DNA of 20,616 nucleotides. Origin: Promethearchaeota archaeon (GTDB lineage: Archaea; Asgardarchaeota; Lokiarchaeia; Sigyniarchaeales; SOKP01). The DNA lies in the NCBI GenBank assembly GCA_048941265.1, contig JBHLNT010000068.1, positions 1 through 20,616 on the forward strand. The letters are read 5' to 3'. Below the pieces are notes generated by a model. That model ran no database searches and was not told where the DNA came from. It was given only the letters and a program-made list of their open reading frames with translations. Position numbers and translations under genes: made by a program. Each line of letters opens with the position of its first letter. Positions within the stretch are counted from its first letter, which is position 1. This document shows positions 9,156 to 16,157 of this stretch, piece after piece.

Positions 9156-9385
9156 CCAAAACTTAAAATTTGTAAAGCAAATAAGTTTAACCGGAGATTT
9201 CCAGAAGTTTAGGATTAAGAATATAAAAAAGTTAATTTTAGAGTATTTATCAAGGATTTCGCTTTATACATAAATTTTCAAAAATATCTCTTGACAGAAA
9301 TGTAAAGAGAGTATCAATATATTTATACATTTTTATAGAAGTATGTTTTAGTTACACACATGGATAACATTTAGAGGGTAACTTT

Positions 9386-10087
9386 TTGGCACTATCAATT
9401 CTAGGATCAAATGGTTTAGAGCATCCGAGCGTCCAAAAAGTAATTCAGATCGCTGAAGAGATTATTGATCAAAACAAGCCCTTAACCACAGAAATCCTTT
9501 ACAACACCGCAAAAAAAAGGTTAAATTTAACACGCAGAGGCCTTTTATCCATAATTCAACTCTTATTTAATAAAAAAATTTTAGTGGAAGGCTCTAAATA
9601 TACCAGGGACTCTATCCTGCAGAATCACTATAGACGAAAAATCTATAATTTCATTCGTGCTAATTTAGGTGCTCATTTTTCATTGATAAGAAAAGAAGTA
9701 TTATCTGGAGAAGATAAATCCGGGAGTGCGGGTCAATTGATATGGCACCTGGAAATGTTGCTTAAATTTAAATTTATTAAAAAAGTTAAAATCGGAAATT
9801 TTACCTTGTTTCTTCCCAATGATGTCGATGATAAACTTGCTATGCCTCACTTCCTTTTACGGGATGAGGTGAATAAAAAAATTATTACCTTATATATTGA
9901 AAACAAGCAGCTTAATAAGGCGGATATTTATAAATTATTGGAAGAACCGCGCGAGCATATATATTATCGTTTGAATAATTTGATAGATTATGGAATATTA
10001 ACCCCATTAACGCAAGAATCTGAAGATTTAATCTTAGCCTCCGATCAAAAAGAATTAATTAAAAAAATTTTAAGTAAATTGAAATAA
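9386..10087 (+). CDS. Winged helix-turn-helix transcriptional regulator (archaeal ArsR/HVO_0163-like tandem wHTH with an extra N-terminal wHTH-like domain)
   Basis: RRKIYNFIRANLGAHFSLIRKEV...GQLIWHLEMLLKFKFIKK, then LNKADIYKLLEEPREHIYYRLNNLIDYGIL. TTG start with GAGGG upstream. Confidence 0.88.
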   Translation: MALSILGSNGLEHPSVQKVIQIAEEIIDQNKPLTTEILYNTAKKRLNLTRRGLLSIIQLLFNKKILVEGSKYTRDSILQNHYRRKIYNFIRANLGAHFSLIRKEVLSGEDKSGSAGQLIWHLEMLLKFKFIKKVKIGNFTLFLPNDVDDKLAMPHFLLRDEVNKKIITLYIENKQLNKADIYKLLEEPREHIYYRLNNLIDYGILTPLTQESEDLILASDQKELIKKILSKLK

Positions 10088-10160
10088 AGAGATAGAAAAA
10101 ATAAAATTATAGAAAAAATTAATTAACCAACATTAAAAAAAGGGAAATAAAGGTCTAATA

Positions 10161-11477
10161 ATGACATTAAATTGGAATCTACTGGTTATACTCATTCTTA
10201 TATCAGGTATTATAGGGATTATAACAGGTTTAATAGCTTTTTTCGCTCCGAGTTCTAAAAAAGTTCATTCCTTAAAATATATTGGATCTACTTTAATCAT
10301 TGGCTCAATTTCCATATTTTTGGATGGAATTTCAATTCTTTTTATGAATGATATAATTGCTTTAATATCTGGTCTTCTTTTTTTTCCATGTGCGGTTTCA
10401 TTATCAATTGGAATTAATTACATCTTAAAAGAAACATATAATTCAATATATTTAATTCTTGTAATTTGTTTAGGAGTTCTTTTGTGTTATTTTGCATTTC
10501 TACCCGGGGCTGTTAAGCCGATCGTGGAAGAAGGATATCTTACCTTTTTTTGGACAGGATTATTTGGGCTGATGACAGATATTCTTACCCTTGTTATTTA
10601 TATCTTACTTTTATATTGGGGTTTTTTAACTTGGAAAAATGCTCCTTTTTTAATTAAAAAAGAAGCTTCACTTTTTTTTATAGGTATTTGTATAATTACT
10701 CTTTTACCTGCTATATTAACATTATTTAGGTCACAATACCATTTAATATTTAATTTATTAAGTTATAGCTGTTTTAGTATTGGGAGTATCATATTTGTGT
10801 ACTCAATCATAAAAGAGCCTAAACTTCTTTATATTTTACCCTTTACTGTCTATCGAATTCTTGTAAAGGATAAAGAGGGATATCCCTTATTTGACCATGA
10901 TTGGTCTGAATCTGATATTAGTGAAGTTATATTTACAGGTTTTATCAACGCCGTCCAGCTTATGAGTGAAGAAGTTATGAATATTGGAGGGTTGGTGGAT
11001 ATCAATTTAGAAGAGGGCATATTAATTTTACATGAATCTCCATTAATCACTGTTGGATTAGTGTCATCTAAATCTTCAAAATTATTAAGAGACACCTTAG
11101 TCAATTTTTCAAAGGATTTTGAAGAATTATTTGAACGACAATTAAAGCAAAAAATCAATGATAAATCCATATATGAGCCCGCATACTTATTAATCGATAA
11201 ATATTTTTTAAATTTTCCTTTTAGGTTAATAAGAAGTAAGAAACATCCCCTCCTATTGTCGGGAAAATCCACGAAAACTCCTTTTGAATTAGAAAGTAAA
11301 TTCAGAGATATATTTTCAGATGAGAAAGAGTTTAAATCTATTATAGCTGAAATTTCGAAGTCTCCCTTAAGTGTGCCTGAAGAGTTCATAAATCTATATG
11401 AAGACCTGAAAAAAGAAATGGATCATTTACCCGAAGATGATATTAAAGAATTAGATAATAGACAGGATAATATTTAA
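10161..11477 (+). CDS. 7-transmembrane protein fused to a C-terminal longin-like domain (paralog 1)
   Basis: Seven hydrophobic segments in aa ~5-218, then VYRILVKDKEGYPLFDHDW...VIFTGFINAVQLMSEEV...LVDINLEEGILILHESPLITVGLVSS...LRDTLVNFSKDFEELF, which fits the beta-beta-alpha-beta-beta-beta-alpha-alpha longin pattern. Confidence 0.85.
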   Translation: MTLNWNLLVILILISGIIGIITGLIAFFAPSSKKVHSLKYIGSTLIIGSISIFLDGISILFMNDIIALISGLLFFPCAVSLSIGINYILKETYNSIYLILVICLGVLLCYFAFLPGAVKPIVEEGYLTFFWTGLFGLMTDILTLVIYILLLYWGFLTWKNAPFLIKKEASLFFIGICIITLLPAILTLFRSQYHLIFNLLSYSCFSIGSIIFVYSIIKEPKLLYILPFTVYRILVKDKEGYPLFDHDWSESDISEVIFTGFINAVQLMSEEVMNIGGLVDINLEEGILILHESPLITVGLVSSKSSKLLRDTLVNFSKDFEELFERQLKQKINDKSIYEPAYLLIDKYFLNFPFRLIRSKKHPLLLSGKSTKTPFELESKFRDIFSDEKEFKSIIAEISKSPLSVPEEFINLYEDLKKEMDHLPEDDIKELDNRQDNI

Positions 11478-11769
11478 TAAAGAAAAAATTTGATTATTAA
11501 TTTACTTTTACTTCATTTTAACCCTAATTAGTTGAACGTATAAGTATAAAAAATTTAATTAAATTGAATGAATAAGTCTATTTATAATGAAATTATTTTC
11601 TAATATTTGAAAGATTTGGAATAATAGAAAGAGAAGAGAAAGTATTTTGTTTAAATCCAAATAAAAAAATTAATTAAAGTTATCATAATTAAAATGTTAT
11701 TATGAAAAAAAGGGGTAATAAATAAAAATTATAATTAAGATTAATTATTCATAAAAGTTTGATCTTAAA

Positions 11770-13071
11770 ATGGCATTAAATTGGAACCCACTCAGCATTC
11801 TTTTTCTGATATCAGGTATTATAATGTTTATCTCAGCATTAACAACATTCATAGCTCCTAAAACAAAAAAACTTCATTCATTAAAATATATTAAATTTGC
11901 ATTAATATTTTTGGCTATAACTATATTTTTTGATGCTTTTACGGTTCTTTTTATGAATAATATGACCATTTATATAATTTCTGTTCTTTTAATTATCCCT
12001 ACTACGATATGTTTTTCAATAGGTATAAATTATACCTTAAAAGAAACGTATCTTTCTATTCATTTAATAGTTATATTATGCTCAGGGATTCTTTTATGCT
12101 TTTTAGCATTTCAACTTGAATCAGGAGAACCAATTGTAGTATATGGAAATTTATCAAACCTTGAATTATTTTGGTTTCTTCAAGAGGCTCTTACTATTTT
12201 TTTGGCAATTATCATTTTCTACTGGGGATTAAAAACTTGGAAAAACGCACCATTTTTAATTAAAAAAGATGCGACAATTTTTTTTTTAGGTATTATTTTA
12301 TCAACAATATTCCCCTCATTAACTGTGTTAATTGAAAATGAAAACTATTTACTTTCTAATATCTTATGTTATACCTTTTTAAACATCGGGATTATAATAT
12401 TTATTTATGCAATCATAAGGGAACCGAAATTGCTTTACATTCTACCATTTACACTGTATCGTATTCTTGTAAAGGATAAATACGGGCATCCTTTATTTGA
12501 TCATGATTGGTCTGACTCTGATATCAGTGAAGAAATGTTTACGGGATTTATCAATGCGGTTCAGGTTATGAGTGAAGAAGTAATGAATATAGGAGATCTG
12601 GTGGACATCAATTTAGAAGAAGGAATGTTGATTATACATGAATCGAAAGCAATTACTGTAGGCTTGGTCACATCTAAATCTTCAAAACTATTAAGAGACA
12701 CTTTAGTCAATTTTTCAGAGGATTTTGAACAACAATTCGAACGACAATTAAAGCAAAAAATCAATGATAGATCCGTATATGAGCCCGCATACTTATTAAT
12801 CGATAAACATTTTTCAAATTTTCCTTTTAGGTTAATAAAAAGTAAGAAACATCCCCTCCTTTTATCTGGAAAATCCGTAAAAATTCCTTATGAATTAGAA
12901 TATAAACTCAGAGAGATATTTTCAGATGAGAAAGAGTATGAATCAATTATTGCAGAAATGGATAAATCTCCTGCAAGTATGTCCGAAGATTTTTTAAATC
13001 TCTATGAAGATCTAAAAAAAGAATTGGATCATTTACCAGATAATAGTGCTAAAGAGCTAAATGATAAATAA
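11770..13071 (+). CDS. 7-transmembrane protein fused to a C-terminal longin-like domain (paralog 2)
   Basis: Collinear with 10161-11477; the cytoplasmic half is highly similar and the TM half is diverged. Confidence 0.85.
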   Translation: MALNWNPLSILFLISGIIMFISALTTFIAPKTKKLHSLKYIKFALIFLAITIFFDAFTVLFMNNMTIYIISVLLIIPTTICFSIGINYTLKETYLSIHLIVILCSGILLCFLAFQLESGEPIVVYGNLSNLELFWFLQEALTIFLAIIIFYWGLKTWKNAPFLIKKDATIFFLGIILSTIFPSLTVLIENENYLLSNILCYTFLNIGIIIFIYAIIREPKLLYILPFTLYRILVKDKYGHPLFDHDWSDSDISEEMFTGFINAVQVMSEEVMNIGDLVDINLEEGMLIIHESKAITVGLVTSKSSKLLRDTLVNFSEDFEQQFERQLKQKINDRSVYEPAYLLIDKHFSNFPFRLIKSKKHPLLLSGKSVKIPYELEYKLREIFSDEKEYESIIAEMDKSPASMSEDFLNLYEDLKKELDHLPDNSAKELNDK

Positions 13072-13122
13072 CAGCATAACTTTTCAGCAATATTTATCAT
13101 AGGGATTGATGGGCTTTTTTTT
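13061..13122 (+). terminator. Possible terminator after the 7TM-longin genes
   Basis: Inverted repeat ATGATAAATA (13061-13070) / TATTTATCAT (13091-13100), followed by a T8 tract at 13115-13122. Confidence 0.35.
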
Positions 13123-13175
13123 AGTAATAATTTAATACCAGAATTTTTTTAAACCTAATTGAATGAGACAAACTT

Positions 13176-13352
13176 ATGACACATAAAGATAAAGTTTTAG
13201 AGACTTTCAAAAATTCTAATAAGCCACTAAGACCGGGAGATATTGCCAAAGCCATAGGTATTGAATCAAAAGAAGTTTCTAAAATCATAAAAGAATTAAG
13301 AGAAGAAGGAAAAGTACATTCTCCTAAACGCTGCTATTATGCCTTAAAATAA
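13176..13352 (+). CDS. Small stand-alone winged-helix DNA-binding protein (58 aa, SPKRCYY-type)
   Basis: Below the ORF-track cutoff; hand translation MTHKDKVLETFKNSNKPLRPGDIAKAIGIESKEVSKIIKELREEGKVHSPKRCYYALK gives a complete wHTH pattern. Confidence 0.9.
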   Translation: MTHKDKVLETFKNSNKPLRPGDIAKAIGIESKEVSKIIKELREEGKVHSPKRCYYALK

Positions 13353-13425
13353 TTTTACTATATTAATGACCTATTTAAATTCAAAAGATATACAATAGAA
13401 TTTCTTTCTTTTAATTTATCTTTCT

Positions 13426-13587
13426 TTAATGTATATAATGGAATGGAGCGGTTTTGGCTTGATCCTCTTGAATAAATTTTTTCTCGGGTCCTTTTGTTTT
13501 ACGATCTAAGCACTGCACGATTATAGGAGGGAAATAATTAACTACTGGTTCTTTCAAACTACCACATTGTGGGCATTGATATCGCAT
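13426..13587 (-). CDS. CPxCG zinc-finger microprotein (53 aa); fourth Cys replaced by Arg
   Basis: Hand translation MRYQCPQCGSLKEPVVNYFPPIIVQCLDRKTKGPEKKFIQEDQAKTAPFHYIH; AGGTGA RBS upstream; paralog of 13758-13940. Confidence 0.78.
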   Translation of the reverse strand: MRYQCPQCGSLKEPVVNYFPPIIVQCLDRKTKGPEKKFIQEDQAKTAPFHYIH

Positions 13588-13757
13588 TTTTTTTATCACC
13601 TATTATGTTGTTTTTAGAAAAAATTCAATTAAACCACCTAGTTATTCTAAATTATTTATAACAAATCCTTTTTTTTCTAATAATCCTCAAATATATCTGT
13701 ACTCCGAAGAAAAAGCATTCAGTGGAATTAAATAAATCTTGCCATTTATGTCAAAGA

Positions 13758-13940
13758 TCAATTAGTTTTCGAAGGATGTTTTGGAATAGGTGTAAATTGA
13801 GCTTTTTTATCCCTTTTTTTGAAGAAATCTTTTTTGTCACCTTTTTTACCGCATACTATGCATTGATAGATCGGAGGGTGAAAATGACTAACTATTTTCG
13901 GAGGGTCCTGGTTTCCACATTCGGGGCATTCATAATCCAT
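13758..13940 (-). CDS. CPxCG zinc-finger microprotein (60 aa)
   Basis: YECPECG...YQCIVCG; AGGTGA RBS upstream of the ATG. Confidence 0.85.
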   Translation of the reverse strand: MDYECPECGNQDPPKIVSHFHPPIYQCIVCGKKGDKKDFFKKRDKKAQFTPIPKHPSKTN

Positions 13941-14208
13941 TTCTTCTTTTCACCTAGATTTTTTCGAAACACACTTTTAATAGAAAGTTTTAATAGTTAT
14001 ACTTTTAGGTTAATCTATCATAATTACCTTTTATATCCCATTAACCCTTATTTAATGGTTTTTTATTAAAAGAATAAGATCAATAAATCTTATTTATAGT
14101 TTTGTCTTTGGTCCTAAAATCAATATTCTTCACTTTAAAATTGATTGATTTGCGGTTTCTATAGCGGTTTTATAATTGTTTATAAAAAGTTTCTTTTGAA
14201 CAAAATTG

Positions 14209-14227
14209 TTTGTTATGCTATAACAAA
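14209..14227. promoter_or_regulatory. Inverted repeat, candidate operator
   Basis: TTTGTTAT-GCT-ATAACAAA, with perfect 8-bp arms, in a divergent intergenic region. Confidence 0.4.
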
Positions 14228-14305
14228 AAGTCAATAAAAAACTCGTTCATAAAAATACTTATTAATATTATAAAATTAAGAGAAAAGAATCGGAGACATG
14301 TACTA

Positions 14306-14878
14306 ATGATTACTAATTTTCCTAATGATTTGAAATCAGCTATTCTTGAAGATTATACGCACGAGAAATTTGACCTTACTTCATCAGACCTAGAAATTCC
14401 TCATTTTATTGGCTGTTTTATAGCAGACAAGAATGGTAAAACATTAATAAAATTCGAGATTTTTAAGGGGGCTTTAGATTACTTTTTAAAAAGAGATTTC
14501 AGAGATGGGAAAAAGAAAAGTTGCCTTGATGTAGAGCTTATCCCTATGTTCATATCTGCTTTAGAGCGTTTCAGCGCTGAGATCAATATTAAAGACTTAG
14601 CTGGATTCAAGCTAGAGGGTAAGAACATCAAACTTCAAACTATTTTCAATTTTAAGTATTATACAGTAATATTCTTATTAAATCCTGAAGTTAATATCAA
14701 ATTAGTTGATTCGCAAATTAGAACTTATTTTTCCTTTCTTTTTGAAGTATATAACAATGAATTTCAGAATTTTAGGAAAATGAGTTCTATTGACTATATC
14801 TCACATCTAGAATTAATCGGAAGAATTTGGTTAAAGGATTTAAATAAAATTTATATGAAATGCGTATCGCTAAGCTAG
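14306..14878 (+). CDS. Stand-alone longin/roadblock-like domain protein
   Basis: FIGCFIADKNGKTLIKFE...LIPMFISALERFSAEI...FKLEGKNIKLQTIFNFKYYTVIFLLNP followed by helices. ATG 14306 with GGAG upstream is preferred to TTG 14210. Confidence 0.75.
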   Translation: MITNFPNDLKSAILEDYTHEKFDLTSSDLEIPHFIGCFIADKNGKTLIKFEIFKGALDYFLKRDFRDGKKKSCLDVELIPMFISALERFSAEINIKDLAGFKLEGKNIKLQTIFNFKYYTVIFLLNPEVNIKLVDSQIRTYFSFLFEVYNNEFQNFRKMSSIDYISHLELIGRIWLKDLNKIYMKCVSLS

Positions 14879-15006
14879 ACAACTTCATTTCATTAAGAAT
14901 TAATTTTATTAACTTTAGCACTCTTTTTCATATACATTACTTTAAAACAAAAATTTATGAGAATTAGAAATTTATCCTTTTTAGCTTCTATTAAAAGGGG
15001 AATTAT

Positions 15007-15906
15007 ATGCTCGAATTTATAAAATCCTTATCAGATGAGTTTGAAAATATTTATTATATTGAGGGGGAGAGAAGGGGAGGGTATCCTTATTCGAATTCCA
15101 TGCTAATCGGGGATTATTTAATTGATACTGGAATATCACCCGGACGTATTAGAAAATTAAAAAGGAAATTTGAAATTAATTCAGTTATAAATTCACACTG
15201 GCACGAGGATCATATTCTGGGCAACAGGGTGTTGAATGAAGCTAAATTTTTGTGTCATAGTGAAGATAAGCATATTATAGAGGATATTGATAAAATATTC
15301 CCATATTATGGTCTCCAGGTCGCAGACTTTCCAGAGTTTCAAGAATTGCTTGAGGGATTCAAAATAAAAAATACGAAAATAGATAGAGTTATCGAAAATG
15401 ATGAAATAATTGAAATTAACGATTTGCGATTAAAAGTTATACATACTCCAGGTCATACAGCCGGCCACTGTTGCTTTTTCGAAGAAAAATCTAAAATAGG
15501 TTTCCTAGCTGACATAGACCTTACTAATTTCGGACCTTTTTACGGGGGCCTTGATTCGAGCGTTATGGATTTCGAAGAATCAATCGAAAAACTAGAAAAG
15601 TTAAAAATGGAAACTGCTGTTTCAGGGCATAAAGGGCTATTTCAAGGAAAAAAACGGATATTGGAAGAATTGATTAAATATAAATCAAAAATTTATGAAT
15701 ACGACGAAAGGATTCTGTCCTATCTCTCAGAAAAGAACCCTATAAATCCAGATGATCTGGTAAAAAAGAACATAATATATAGAAAATACGGTCTCTGGGA
15801 AGTATTCGAAATTACTGCTGAAAAAATAATGATTGAGAAGCATTTTAAGAAATTTCTGAAAAATCATATAATTGAAAAAAAAGATAATGGGTATATTTTG
15901 AAATAA
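15007..15906 (+). CDS. MBL-fold metallo-hydrolase
   Basis: LIDTG, SHWHEDH (HxHxDH), HTPGHTAGH, LADID, SGH; AAGGGG RBS. Confidence 0.95.
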   Translation: MLEFIKSLSDEFENIYYIEGERRGGYPYSNSMLIGDYLIDTGISPGRIRKLKRKFEINSVINSHWHEDHILGNRVLNEAKFLCHSEDKHIIEDIDKIFPYYGLQVADFPEFQELLEGFKIKNTKIDRVIENDEIIEINDLRLKVIHTPGHTAGHCCFFEEKSKIGFLADIDLTNFGPFYGGLDSSVMDFEESIEKLEKLKMETAVSGHKGLFQGKKRILEELIKYKSKIYEYDERILSYLSEKNPINPDDLVKKNIIYRKYGLWEVFEITAEKIMIEKHFKKFLKNHIIEKKDNGYILK

Positions 15907-16157
15907 TCCAATTATTTTTGAATCCCTGTCATAGTTTTTGTCACAGCTTCAATAAAAATTTCTGCAGGTTTCATATCTCGTACTTTTTTTAAAGGTATCT
16001 ATTCCGATGGACTTTGAGATAATTAGATAATTTTTTAGCTAGTTTTTTAAATTCCAGTAATACTGTCTTTAAGTTCACCCATTAAGGTAAATTAGTATAA
16101 AAAATTAGATAAATAAAAAAAATATAAGTTTTAGGTTAAAAGAAATTCTAATTTTCT

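Noticed and set aside
9127-9273. Plus-strand peptide read through the element (IYKPIRTDFFQNLK...; similar in copies 1 and 2)
   Set aside because: There is no canonical start, a stop lies immediately upstream in copies 2 and 3, and copy 2 has internal TAA codons. The similarity follows from the DNA homology, and the slight codon-position bias is not convincing.
10850-11389. 179-aa antisense ORF (and 12561-12764) inside the 7TM-longin genes
   Set aside because: These are shadows of the sense genes; the length is not conserved between paralogs and there are no recognisable motifs.
11133-12860. Near-identical tracts as a DGR template/variable repeat pair
   Set aside because: Differences are not confined to adenines of one copy, both copies are coding, and there is no reverse transcriptase in the window.
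13722-14069. 115-aa plus-strand ORF
   Set aside because: It overlaps the minus-strand zinc-finger gene, which has an RBS, a motif and a paralog; its composition is Phe-rich and non-protein-like.
14210-14305. N-terminal extension of the longin-like ORF from TTG 14210
   Set aside because: It is a low-complexity K/I/N stretch overlapping a palindrome; ATG 14306 has a GGAG upstream.
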